A stretch of DNA of 38,333 nucleotides from a virus (taxonomy: Duplodnaviria > Caudoviricetes), in IMG/VR virus record IMGVR_UViG_3300003375_000063, positions 1 to 38,333 of that record; one strand, given 5' to 3'. Within the stretch, counting starts at the first letter, position 1; the number at the start of each line of letters is the position of its first letter. This document shows, in pieces, positions 19,575-28,197 of this stretch. The position numbers and the translations under genes were made by a program. The notes beneath the pieces were generated by a model. It saw only the letters and a list, made by a program, of their open reading frames with translations, searched no databases and had not been told where the DNA came from.

Positions 19575-19831
19575 ACACCATTCTGGACAACACGTGGCTC
19601 GTCTTGTCGATACTCGGTGGATTCTTCGGGGTGTTGAGCGCGGGCGCTGTGCTCGCGTATCGGGCTGTGCGGGGCATTGAGCGCGTCAATAGTGCGCTGT
19701 TCGGGCTGCCCGCAATCGGGGGGACGCCAGCGCTGCCTGGCCTAGTAGGTCAAGTCGCGAGACACGAGGAACGCCTCGATCAAGTCGAAGCAACGGTGCG
19801 GAACCATCTCGGCCCCGTAAAGCCTGCCTGA
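19571..19831 (+). CDS. single-pass membrane protein (holin/lysis accessory)
   Basis: GTGA overlap; N-terminal TM (WLVLSILGGFFGVLSAGAVLAY) then G.P....PGLV.QV..HE.RL; directly before endolysin. Confidence 0.7.
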   Translation: MNTILDNTWLVLSILGGFFGVLSAGAVLAYRAVRGIERVNSALFGLPAIGGTPALPGLVGQVARHEERLDQVEATVRNHLGPVKPA

Positions 19832-19916
19832 CCGCTCAAGCAGCACTTCATTCGTTGTGGGATCTCCACGGCGGATGTAGTTGCGCATGCCCACCCGCCG
19901 CCCTTGGAGGTACGGA

Positions 19917-20966
19917 ATGGTCCGCAAACTCAATGCCCTACTAGTGTTGCTTCTCGCCGTCACCGGCTTGCTTGCCCCAACCGCTCGTGCAGCGAACGGT
20001 GATGTGTGGGCGGACTTCAGCGGGGCTCGTCCGACGATCAGTCAGCTGCAGGCTGCTGGCGTCCGGGGCGTGTTCCGGTACCTGCCCACTAGTTCGGCGG
20101 GTGCGTGGAAGGCGATCACCGCCACCGAGTACAACTCGTACATCAACGCTGGTGTTGATGTTGCGTTGAACTGGGAGTCGACGTCCGCGCGAGCAAATGA
20201 GGGCTACGCGGCCGGGGTTGCGGATGCGACGCAAGCTAAGAGTGAAGCGCTGGCGCTGCAGTATCCGATGGGTGCGGCGCTGTACTTCTCGGAGGACACC
20301 GGCCGCATCGACATCACTGGGCTGCTCAACTACTTCGCCGGCGTCGACAGCGTCCTGGCCGGCACCTACTCAGTGGGCGTCTATGGCGGGTACGACGCGA
20401 TCAACGTGGTCACCGAGCATGGTCTAGCGACGTACGGATGGCAAACCCTCGCCTGGTCCTACGGTCGCATCAGCCGCAACGCGCAGATCTACCAGAACGG
20501 CCGCCAGCTCTTCGGCGGTGGCGCCGATATCGACGTCATCCTGACGGGCACGGTCGGCGGCGCGCTCGCGCACCTCGAGCACGCGTACTACCCGCCAGCG
20601 CCGACACCGGCTCCGGTGGTCGTGACGCCATCGCCTCGGGTCTGCTCGGTGGTGGTGCAGCGTGGCGACACTCTGACGGTCATCGCCCACGCGCACAGCA
20701 CAACTCCCGCGCGTCTCGGCTCGATCAACCACATCCGAGACCTGAATCGGATCTATGTCGGTGAGCGGATCACGTTGCCGGGCTGCTCGGCCTCGGCGCC
20801 AGCACCGGCCAAGGCGGCGGTGATCACCCATACGTACACGGTGCATTCCGGCGACAGCCTCAGTGCGATCGGCACCCGCGAGCACGAAGCGTGGCGCTCG
20901 ATCGCAGCCAAGAACCACATCACTTACCCGTACCGGATCTACCCGGGCGAGCAACTACGCATCTGA
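19917..20966 (+). CDS. endolysin: signal peptide + DUF1906 (Rv2525c-like GH25 fold) + 2 LysM
   Basis: SD GGAGG; GVFRYL, LNWE, G.ADA..A, LYFS.D, VGVYGG, WQT.AWS; two V..GD.L..IA...N.I....IY.GE.L.I LysM repeats. Confidence 0.9.
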   Translation: MVRKLNALLVLLLAVTGLLAPTARAANGDVWADFSGARPTISQLQAAGVRGVFRYLPTSSAGAWKAITATEYNSYINAGVDVALNWESTSARANEGYAAGVADATQAKSEALALQYPMGAALYFSEDTGRIDITGLLNYFAGVDSVLAGTYSVGVYGGYDAINVVTEHGLATYGWQTLAWSYGRISRNAQIYQNGRQLFGGGADIDVILTGTVGGALAHLEHAYYPPAPTPAPVVVTPSPRVCSVVVQRGDTLTVIAHAHSTTPARLGSINHIRDLNRIYVGERITLPGCSASAPAPAKAAVITHTYTVHSGDSLSAIGTREHEAWRSIAAKNHITYPYRIYPGEQLRI

Positions 20967-20978
20967 GAGGACACCTTC

Positions 20979-21473
20979 ATGTCATTCCTTACCACTAACA
21001 CCCGAGTCGACGCGGCCCTACGCGTCGTCGAGGACACTGCCCTTTACGTGGCGGCGGGCTACGGCTCGACGACACTCACGAGCAACCACAACGCCCAGGT
21101 GCTTCTCGGCGCATTGTTGGTGTTGCTGCGGGGCTTGGTGTCGCTGGGGCTGACCGGACGGTACTCGTCGGGTCTCATCAAGGCACTGCGGTACATCAAC
21201 ATTGCGGTGAAGTGGGTCGATCAGGTCGGAATTCTGGCGACGCCCGTCCAGGCAGCTGCCCCGACCGCTGCTGTTCCTGTCGCCGCTCCGGCCGCGCCTG
21301 TGGCCTCTGCTGCGCCTGCGGTGCCCGCGGTGGCACCGGCTCCGGTGCCGGTCGATGTCGTTGGAACTCCGGTCGTTGTGGCGCCGACTGTCGCCCCCGC
21401 TGGGGTTGAGGTACCGGCCGTTGCGCTTGTTGATCCGGCATCTGTGGCAACGCCCGCAGCTCCTGTCGCCTAA
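20979..21473 (+). CDS. putative holin with Pro/Ala/Val-rich tail
   Basis: Directly after endolysin; hydrophobic segment VLLGALLVLLRGLVSLGL; SD GAGGA. Confidence 0.6.
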   Translation: MSFLTTNTRVDAALRVVEDTALYVAAGYGSTTLTSNHNAQVLLGALLVLLRGLVSLGLTGRYSSGLIKALRYINIAVKWVDQVGILATPVQAAAPTAAVPVAAPAAPVASAAPAVPAVAPAPVPVDVVGTPVVVAPTVAPAGVEVPAVALVDPASVATPAAPVA

Positions 21474-21497
21474 TTCCATCTCTCTGAGGGGTCGTCG

Positions 21498-22025
21498 ATG
21501 CCTGCTTTGACTGTTGATCTCGATGCTGATGTAGCGGTGTCAACGCGGCTGATGGTCCCTCAGGGGGAGGACTGGTCTATGACCGTGGCGTGCGTCGATT
21601 CGGTGGGCGCGGCAGTGGCTGTGGCGTTGCCGCAGATGCAGATACGCCAAGGCCCCTACGTCAGCTCGAAATTGATTCTCGGGCCACCGAACGTCGGGCT
21701 CACGGTCGCGGGGAATGTGATCACAGTCAGCATCCCAGCGGAGGCTTCGGCAACAGTCACTGACGGCATCGGTTCGTTTGACTTGTATGCCGTACGTAGC
21801 AGCTCAGGCCTGCTGGTCCGGGTACTTGAGGGCCGCGTGACCTTCGACGCGCCCGTAACCGATGTCACGCTGCTGGATTTCGTAGACCTCGGCAATGGGC
21901 TTGTCCGCGTGGCCGTAGAGGACTACTCGGCAGAACCCGATGGCACGGCAATGGACTTCTTTCCACTCAGCGGTTCGTCCGGTGTCGATAACGGCGACGG
22001 AACTCTCACCATCACATACGTTTAG
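21498..22025 (+). CDS. virion structural protein (BppU N-terminal-like adaptor)
   Basis: QG.DW..T, .MQIR, I.V.I.A..SA, G.FDL, RVLEG.VT pattern; ends GVDNGDGTLTITYV. Confidence 0.6.
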   Translation: MPALTVDLDADVAVSTRLMVPQGEDWSMTVACVDSVGAAVAVALPQMQIRQGPYVSSKLILGPPNVGLTVAGNVITVSIPAEASATVTDGIGSFDLYAVRSSSGLLVRVLEGRVTFDAPVTDVTLLDFVDLGNGLVRVAVEDYSAEPDGTAMDFFPLSGSSGVDNGDGTLTITYV

Positions 22026-22034
22026 GAGACACCA

Positions 22035-22469
22035 ATGGCTACTCTTGTTGCATCGAGCCCGGTCCACGCCAGCCGACACGTTGCTGGTGGCGCTGATGCG
22101 TTGCCATGGACGACGATCCATGGACAGGGTCTGAGCGCTGCTCGACCGACTGCGGGACCTACGAATGTCGGCTACCTCTATTTCCAGACTGATGGCGTGC
22201 CGGGGTTGTATCGGTCGGACGGTGCGACATGGACACTGGTGGCGAGTGTTGCGGTGGGCGCGACGAATGCTGCGTCTGGGCTCGTGCAGCTGGCCGGGGA
22301 TTTGGCGGGCACTGCTGCTTCGCCGACTGTAGCGAAAGTCAATGGCACCTCAGTGCCTGCGAGCACCGCGGCTGCCACCTACCTGAAGACGACGGCGGCT
22401 GGTACTGCGTCATGGGCGGCGATCGGCGGCGTCGATAACGGTGACGGCACCGTCACCATCACTTTCTAG
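22035..22469 (+). CDS. short tail-fibre-like protein
   Basis: HASRH..GG.D N-terminus, G.LYF.TD...LYRSDG.TW, AT....GLVQLAGDL.GTA.SPTV fibre motifs. Confidence 0.7.
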   Translation: MATLVASSPVHASRHVAGGADALPWTTIHGQGLSAARPTAGPTNVGYLYFQTDGVPGLYRSDGATWTLVASVAVGATNAASGLVQLAGDLAGTAASPTVAKVNGTSVPASTAAATYLKTTAAGTASWAAIGGVDNGDGTVTITF

Positions 22470-22495
22470 GCTGCTTCTCCCTTTCTTTTTCGGCT

Positions 22496-22528
22496 AGGCC
22501 CGTGCCTGTGTGGTGGCGGGCTTGTTTT
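22496..22528 (+). terminator. possible intrinsic terminator/attenuator before the spike gene
   Basis: AGGCCCG...CGGGCTT stem followed by GTTTT. Confidence 0.45.
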
Positions 22529-22550
22529 GCGTACCCCAGAAAGGGGAACA

Positions 22551-25145
22551 ATGAGCACTCTTAACGCGGCTAGTCCAACTCACGCCAGTCGTCATGCCAT
22601 CGGTGGTCCGGATGCGGTGTCGCCTGCGTCTATTGGTGCGCCGGTGCTGGTGGGTGGGAAGGTCCCGGCGTCGCAGACGCAGACGCTTGATGCGATTAGT
22701 AGTCCGGTGGCGTCGGTGTCGTTCAACGGCCAACGCGCGACCGGACTAGCGGCGCCTGCTGCCGCTACTGATGGGGTCCGTCCCCAGGATTTGCCGGTGT
22801 TCAGTGACACCGCGATTGTGTTGGGCTCGAATGTTCCGGCGTGGATGAAGGCCTTGGCCGGTTGGATGCCGAACGTGTTCTTGGCGACCGGGACCCTGGA
22901 TGAGTCGACGGTCGCATCAGCGGTGACGTTCGTGCGGAACCTGATCAGTGCGGGGAACTTCAGTGGCGGGAGTATCCGCTTCATCGGTGACTTGTACTTC
23001 ACTGGTCCTGGTGTCGCGATCGACACGAGCTACTCGATCACTTTCCGGGGGACTGGGCGCAAATCGTCGGTGATCCACCTGACATCCACGTTCTACGGTG
23101 CGTATTCGATTGCGATCGGGTCGGGTGCGAGTACCTCGGCGCCGGGTGATGGTTCCTGCTTTGAGGAATTCAAGGTGGATGGGTCGGCTGCGCTCGCTGC
23201 CCGTCCCGCGACGACTCTGGCGGGGTCAACGCTGGACGTTCCCGTGCCGGGTACGTCGGAAACCATTCAGGTCGCGTCTACCACGGGTCATTTCGTGGGT
23301 GAGACGTTGGAACTGGGATGGACGAACTACGAAGAAGTCCAAATCACCGCTGTCGTTGACACGACGCACATCACGGTTATCCGTGGTGCGAACGGCACCA
23401 CCCCTCAGGCGTGGAACCCTGCCGCTACGGGCGGTGTTCCGGTTGTGCCGAGGATCGGGACGTTGGTGAACGCGGCGAGCGCCGCACATAACCGGGACGT
23501 CGAAGTGGTTTCGGCGCCGGGGACCGGCTTGCAGGCGCGCCCGTGGAACTGGGCGAACGTCACGTACCTCAGTGGCGCGATCACTACTGGCGCGACGAGC
23601 TTGCCGGTGACGGCTACGCGGCAGCCGATCCCGGATGGTGCGGTCATCACGATCCTCACCACCCCCGGTTCAGGCGCTGAGCGTGTTGTGGTCAGCAACG
23701 GCGGTAGTGCGGTGGCTGCTGGGGCAACGTCGATCCCGGTGACACGAGCGCAGTTCGGCACTACTGCGGTGGCGTGGGCTAGCGGCGCGCAGGTGCAAGC
23801 CGAACCGCAAGTCCTGTTCGATCAGTTCCAGCATGACGTGCGCGTTCAGGCGTGCGGTGGGGATCAGATCGCGTTCGGCACGAACTTCTGGCAAGGCAAC
23901 TTCAGTGCATCGGGCATGAACAACAGCGAATGCCACAAGGTGCACGCGATCGGCGCGAATCATTATTCTCCGTCGACCCTGCACCGTGGGCGCTCCGGGT
24001 TCTACTGCCGCGTCGGTGGGTTCAAGAAGGTCGACACCCACGCCTACTACAACCAGTGGAACGCGATCGAGTCGCGGCCCGAAACGCAGTCACTGGAAAT
24101 CATGGGCGGCGAATATGAGACGTCAGGTCAGTCGGTTGCGGGTACGGGCGGTGTGGGGTTCAACGCTATTGCGCCGGTCCGCGTGACCTTGAAGGCCGCG
24201 CGGTTCTACCAGAATGATTCGCAGAGCATCACGTTGCAGTCCGTAGCTGCGCAGGCCCAGGTCACGGTCGATGATGTCAGCGTCTATCTGATCCCGACGA
24301 CGTGTGGTGTGGCTGCGTCGATCAGCGCCACGAACACGGGAACACTCGCGCAGGTTGTGCTTCGTGGCGTGAAGGTGGAAGGTACGGGAGCTACGGGCCT
24401 TGGGGCCGCGGTGTCGGTGACGAACCTCGATGGTGTGAAGATCAATCAGTTGTTGACGGCGAGCATCGTCCCGAACGCTCATGAAGTGGTGTTGAACAAC
24501 GCGAAGCACACCAAGATCACGGACACCACGATTCTGCTGGGCATCAAGGAGACGGGTGTTGGTGACTACAACGTCGCTGATATTGAGATGCCAGCTCAGG
24601 TGTGGCCTGGTGCGGTGGTGAATGCGAGTGGTCAGACTTCGACGGACACGACCCTGACGGTCGGCGCGAACAGTCTGACGAACGGTCGGACGCTGCTGAA
24701 CCCGGCGACGGGTGAGCAGATCACGATTACGTCTGGTGGTGGCACGACGAGCCTGGTAGTGGTGCGGGGCGCTAACAACACGTTGCCGGCGGCGATCGCG
24801 GCGAACCAAACGCTCACACAAATCCCGGACGTCACGGCCTGGAACATCAATGGTCATTCTCGGATCGTGTGCAGGGATGGTCGCTACGCCCAGCGTCGCT
24901 GGCAGTTCACTGTGCCCGGGGATGGGACGACGACGTCGTTCACGGTGCCGCATGGCTTGATGGCGGCGCCGACTGTGCTGCCGATGGTCACCTACAATGG
25001 GTCGACTGGGGCGGCGCTAGCTCAGCAGTATGTCGTGAAGGCGAGCACGAGCCCAGGGACGAGCTTCCTCATCTCGTTCCCCACGGCGCCGCCGAGCGGT
25101 GTGACATACACCTTTACGGCTGACGCCGATTGCTATCCCGGCTAG
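22551..25145 (+). CDS. tailspike / putative depolymerase (right-handed beta-helix)
   Basis: ATG 22551 after AAAGGGG; ITFRGTG..SSVI, F.VDG, Asn/Gly-rich beta-helix rungs; C-terminal GDGTTTSFTVPHGL..AP domain. Confidence 0.75.
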   Translation: MSTLNAASPTHASRHAIGGPDAVSPASIGAPVLVGGKVPASQTQTLDAISSPVASVSFNGQRATGLAAPAAATDGVRPQDLPVFSDTAIVLGSNVPAWMKALAGWMPNVFLATGTLDESTVASAVTFVRNLISAGNFSGGSIRFIGDLYFTGPGVAIDTSYSITFRGTGRKSSVIHLTSTFYGAYSIAIGSGASTSAPGDGSCFEEFKVDGSAALAARPATTLAGSTLDVPVPGTSETIQVASTTGHFVGETLELGWTNYEEVQITAVVDTTHITVIRGANGTTPQAWNPAATGGVPVVPRIGTLVNAASAAHNRDVEVVSAPGTGLQARPWNWANVTYLSGAITTGATSLPVTATRQPIPDGAVITILTTPGSGAERVVVSNGGSAVAAGATSIPVTRAQFGTTAVAWASGAQVQAEPQVLFDQFQHDVRVQACGGDQIAFGTNFWQGNFSASGMNNSECHKVHAIGANHYSPSTLHRGRSGFYCRVGGFKKVDTHAYYNQWNAIESRPETQSLEIMGGEYETSGQSVAGTGGVGFNAIAPVRVTLKAARFYQNDSQSITLQSVAAQAQVTVDDVSVYLIPTTCGVAASISATNTGTLAQVVLRGVKVEGTGATGLGAAVSVTNLDGVKINQLLTASIVPNAHEVVLNNAKHTKITDTTILLGIKETGVGDYNVADIEMPAQVWPGAVVNASGQTSTDTTLTVGANSLTNGRTLLNPATGEQITITSGGGTTSLVVVRGANNTLPAAIAANQTLTQIPDVTAWNINGHSRIVCRDGRYAQRRWQFTVPGDGTTTSFTVPHGLMAAPTVLPMVTYNGSTGAALAQQYVVKASTSPGTSFLISFPTAPPSGVTYTFTADADCYPG

Positions 25146-25162
25146 AAGAGAAGGGACTCGCG

Positions 25163-25348
25163 GTGGCTGAGTTGGACGGGGATTTTCAGCGGCTGTTGGC
25201 TGAAACTCAGGTGAGCAAGGCTGCGCGGTTCAAAGATGCGGCGTTAGCGATTCATGTGCTGGCTCGGTCGAGTACCGGTGCGGCTGTCTGCGCGGAGTGC
25301 AGGGATGCGTGGCCGTGTGAGTTGGCGAAGCGGCACGGAGCAACCTGA
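25163..25348 (+). CDS. small hypothetical protein with H...CxxC...WPC motif
   Basis: GTG after AAGGGA; 61 aa; putative Zn-binding H-x11-CAEC-x4-PC. Confidence 0.6.
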   Translation: MAELDGDFQRLLAETQVSKAARFKDAALAIHVLARSSTGAAVCAECRDAWPCELAKRHGAT

Positions 25349-25363
25349 TCATTCAGACGCGAT

Positions 25364-25409
25364 GGGGCGTCTCTCACATATCCCCTCCGGGAGGTGTGAG
25401 AGGCGCCCC
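25364..25409. terminator. long stem-loop between convergent genes (likely bidirectional terminator)
   Basis: GGGGCGTCTCTCACAT / GTGTGAGAGGCGCCCC stem, followed by GCTTCTTT. Confidence 0.75.
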
Positions 25410-25438
25410 GCTTCTTTGCGTTGTTGCGGCTTCTTCTG

Positions 25439-26032
25439 TTACGAGGCGTAGCGGGTCACGTTGGTGATGATGACCTTCGCTCCTGCTGGGACGTTCTTGG
25501 CGGTGAGGAAGGCGGCCGTCTCGTTGGCGGTCTGTCCAGGGTCGAGGTTGTCGACTGCGGTGAGCGCGGTGTCTAGTTGCGTTTTTCCGTCTGCGGTGTC
25601 GAGTGCGACGGTGATGATGTAGTTGCTGCGCTTGCTGGAGTGGTTGAGTACGGTTACTGCTACTTGGGATGTTCCGAAGTCGCCGCTGGTGATGGGGCCG
25701 ATGGTGACGTCAGCTCTGACGCCGGAGGCGGTGGGTGCGCTGGCGGATGTTTGGGACACTGTACTTATAGGTGCTGCTGTGGTCGTGCCTGTTGCTGCGG
25801 CCGGTGGTTTCGTCGATGCGGCGGGGTCTGTCTTTTTCTTGTTTCCTCCGGCGATTCCTGCGATGACGATCACTGCGACGATGGTGCCGACGATCCAGGG
25901 CCATTTCTTGCGGCCCTTGGGTGGTTGGGCTGGTGGTTGCCATCCGGGCGGTGGTGGTGGGTAGGCGGCTGGTGGTGGCTGCCATCCTTGTTGTGGTGCT
26001 GGTGGCGGGTATTGGTTTCCGTCGTATGTCAT
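25439..26032 (-). CDS. membrane-anchored protein with extracellular Ig-like (FxLYD-like) domain
   Basis: SD GGAGG; Pro-rich N-terminus, KKWPW + TM helix, Thr-rich linker, V.V.NHSSKRSNY.I.V...DG..QLD...V.NL.PGQ. Confidence 0.8.
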   Translation of the reverse strand: MTYDGNQYPPPAPQQGWQPPPAAYPPPPPGWQPPAQPPKGRKKWPWIVGTIVAVIVIAGIAGGNKKKTDPAASTKPPAAATGTTTAAPISTVSQTSASAPTASGVRADVTIGPITSGDFGTSQVAVTVLNHSSKRSNYIITVALDTADGKTQLDTALTAVDNLDPGQTANETAAFLTAKNVPAGAKVIITNVTRYAS

Positions 26033-26193
26033 GGTTGCCCCTCCGGTGTCCGTGGTGCGCGTTTAGAGAGCTTCGCTCCGGCGCGGCTTGGACCGTATCA
26101 GGGCGGTGTGGATCGCGGTAGAAGGTGCTGCCTGAGGTTGCACAAGCGGCGTGTCGCGTCGATTTTGGGTGTCGCGCGGCGGCGCGGGTGCGT

Positions 26194-26291
26194 GTGAATA
26201 CGGGGGGTTCGTTCTAGAGCCCAGTAAATACGGGCCTTTCAGGGCGGTTCGATTCCCCCCACCTCCACCAATATAGCCCAGTGAATACGGG
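26194..26291 (+). repeat. direct repeats flanking the attP core (putative arm-type/accessory sites)
   Basis: AGCCCAGTRAATACGGG at 26218-26234 and 26275-26291 (16/17 identical); partial GTGAATACGGG at 26194-26204. Confidence 0.8.
26246..26270 (+). other. attP: attP core: copy of a tmRNA (ssrA)/tRNA-Ala-like 3' end
   Basis: GGTTCGATTCCCCCCACCTCCACCA = T-loop, T-stem 3' strand, acceptor 3' strand and ACCA; adjacent to integrase; the 5' T-stem (GGCGG) mismatches, so it is not an intact RNA gene. Confidence 0.8.
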
Positions 26292-26319
26292 AAAAATGAG
26301 CGGGTGTGCAGCCTGGAGA

Positions 26320-26349
26320 TTGACTCAGGTAGCACACCCGCTCTACATT
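26320..26349 (+). promoter_or_regulatory. putative leaderless integrase promoter
   Basis: TTGACT-18 bp-TACATT-7 nt-ATG(26357); no SD; overlapped by a 12-bp inverted repeat (26298-26309 / 26332-26343). Confidence 0.6.
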
Positions 26350-26356
26350 CGCCCGC

Positions 26357-27625
26357 ATGGCCTGGATTCAGGAACGCACAAGTAACAGCGGACCGAGCTG
26401 GCGCGTCATGTGGCGTGAGCATGGCCGCGCCGCGGCGCCGGAGTCGAAAACGTTCTTCAGTCAGATTGAGGCTGAGCGGTTCCGGATGCTCGTCGAGGGT
26501 TCGGGGAATCGGTGGCCGCGTGGGTGGGCGCCTGGGTTCGAGCCTGTGCAGCAGCAGGTGGGTGTGACGTTCGGTGAGTTCGCCGAACGGTCGATTGCTT
26601 CCCGGAGCCGGGCGAGCGCAGCGACGAAAGCCGATTACCGTCGTGACGTCGATCGGTACATGGGTGAGTTGGTGGATCTGGAGCTGCGTCGGATCACGGT
26701 CGATGATGTCGCGGACTGGTTGGGTGCGCTCGGTGCGCGTGGGCTGGCGCCGAAGACGATCGCGAATTTGCATGGTTTGGCGTCCGGGGTGATGAGGGAT
26801 GCGTTGGCGCGGCATCCTCCGTTAGCTGAGCACAATCCTTTCGTCAGTCGCCTACCGAAAGGCAGCGCGGCGGCTCGGGCCGAGGAGATGGTGTTCCTGA
26901 CGACGGGGGAGCTGCAGTCGATCCTGCGGCACATCCCAGAACGGTATGAGGCGCTGGCAGTGACGTTGGCGCTCACCGGGCTGAGGTTCGGGGAGGCGAC
27001 GGCCATTCAACCGCGGGACATCGAGATATTCCCGCACGAAGGCCAGGCGCCGATTGGCAGGCTGACTGTCGTCAGAGCGTGGAAACGCGACGACCGTAAC
27101 CAGTACTACCTTGGGGAGCCTAAGACGCCGAGAGCTAGACGCACCATCGCGCTGTCGGCGCGGGTCGTGGACGTGCTGTTGCCGCTGCTCGCAGGAAAGC
27201 GGCGCGATGATCTCGTATTCACGTCACCCACTGGACGGCAGCAGCTGAATGCCCGGTTTTATGAGACGGCGTGGCGCCCAGCGATCGCTCGGGCAAAGGC
27301 GTGCGATGCGCATTACGCCGGGCAGTTGGCGGGTCGCGGCCCGGGCCGGTTACGTCAGTGGTTGCCGGTGCCGTGCGGGTGCGTGGGGCTGCTGGAGAAG
27401 ACTCCGCGTATCCATGACTTGCGGCATTCGCATGCGTCGCATCTGATCGCGGCCGGCGTCAGTCTCTACGAGGTGTCGCGGAGGCTCGGGCATGAGTCGT
27501 ACGACACGACTGACCGCCGGTACAGCCACCTATTGCCGGATGATCCTCGGGACGGTCTGAGAGGCATCATCGACTCAGCGCTGGAACCGCCCGTTTCGAT
27601 CGAGGAACGGCGTCCTCGCAGTTAG
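26357..27625 (+). CDS. int: tyrosine integrase
   Basis: Arm-binding N-terminus (WRVMWR), TGLRFGEA (R), PKT (K), RIHDLRHSHAS (HxxR), RLGHES..TT..RY (H,Y). Confidence 0.96.
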   Translation: MAWIQERTSNSGPSWRVMWREHGRAAAPESKTFFSQIEAERFRMLVEGSGNRWPRGWAPGFEPVQQQVGVTFGEFAERSIASRSRASAATKADYRRDVDRYMGELVDLELRRITVDDVADWLGALGARGLAPKTIANLHGLASGVMRDALARHPPLAEHNPFVSRLPKGSAAARAEEMVFLTTGELQSILRHIPERYEALAVTLALTGLRFGEATAIQPRDIEIFPHEGQAPIGRLTVVRAWKRDDRNQYYLGEPKTPRARRTIALSARVVDVLLPLLAGKRRDDLVFTSPTGRQQLNARFYETAWRPAIARAKACDAHYAGQLAGRGPGRLRQWLPVPCGCVGLLEKTPRIHDLRHSHASHLIAAGVSLYEVSRRLGHESYDTTDRRYSHLLPDDPRDGLRGIIDSALEPPVSIEERRPRS

Positions 27626-27834
27626 GCTGATCCGCCGAGGTCCGTCTTGGTGTTCTCCGCGAATGCGGTGTACAGCAGCACCTCGTGGGTCGTGAAGTTC
27701 TCGCTGGGATTCGGCTTTACGGTGACGGTGAAGTTGCCTTCTCCCCATTTCGCGATGGCCTTCTTCTCGACTGCATCGTGCGCTTCGTCGACCGTGGGGG
27801 CGGAGGCGTAGACCCGATTGTCCTCGTCGTTCAT
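27622..27834 (-). CDS. small hypothetical protein
   Basis: 70 aa, stop overlaps the integrase stop; TAAAGT -10 element 7 nt before ATG. Confidence 0.6.
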   Translation of the reverse strand: MNDEDNRVYASAPTVDEAHDAVEKKAIAKWGEGNFTVTVKPNPSENFTTHEVLLYTAFAENTKTDLGGSA

Positions 27835-27915
27835 ATGCGGGACTTTACATTGCGGGGTAAGTGTGGATTCGATCAGATATGTCGACGCTATTCGGCGTCA
27901 GATACCGTTTCGGCT

Positions 27916-28197
27916 GTGGGGATACATCTCGGGCGCATCCAGTGCGATGCGGCGATCGAAGCGAAGCTGCGGAGTAAGACTCCCTCGCTGACTTCCGACG
28001 AGGTGAGGGAGGCTGTGCAGTGGCCTGCGGAATCGAGATCTGCGTGGGAGGATCATCCTCAGCATGGCCGACGTGTTGTCGCTAAGGGCGAGTTGGCTGA
28101 TGGGACTGTGATCATGGCCTGGTTACTTGCTCTACCGGCATGGGATCAGGAGGCGGACACTTGGAATATCATGACGGCGAGAAAGTTGGTGGGATGA
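27916..28197 (+). CDS. BrnT/RelE-fold toxin-like protein
   Basis: GTG 27916 with TACCGT 7 nt upstream; K...K....T.DEV.EA, GR..VA.G...DG, W.I.TAR pattern. Confidence 0.55.
   Translation: MGIHLGRIQCDAAIEAKLRSKTPSLTSDEVREAVQWPAESRSAWEDHPQHGRRVVAKGELADGTVIMAWLLALPAWDQEADTWNIMTARKLVG

Noticed and set aside
26200-26270. Complete tRNA or tmRNA gene
   Set aside because: Only the T-loop to CCA part is present; no matching 5' acceptor strand and the T-stem 5' side mismatches, so it is an att core
26218-26291. CRISPR-like repeat-spacer-repeat (17-bp repeats, 40-bp spacer)
   Set aside because: The spacer holds the att core and the unit abuts an integrase; integrase/accessory binding sites explain it better
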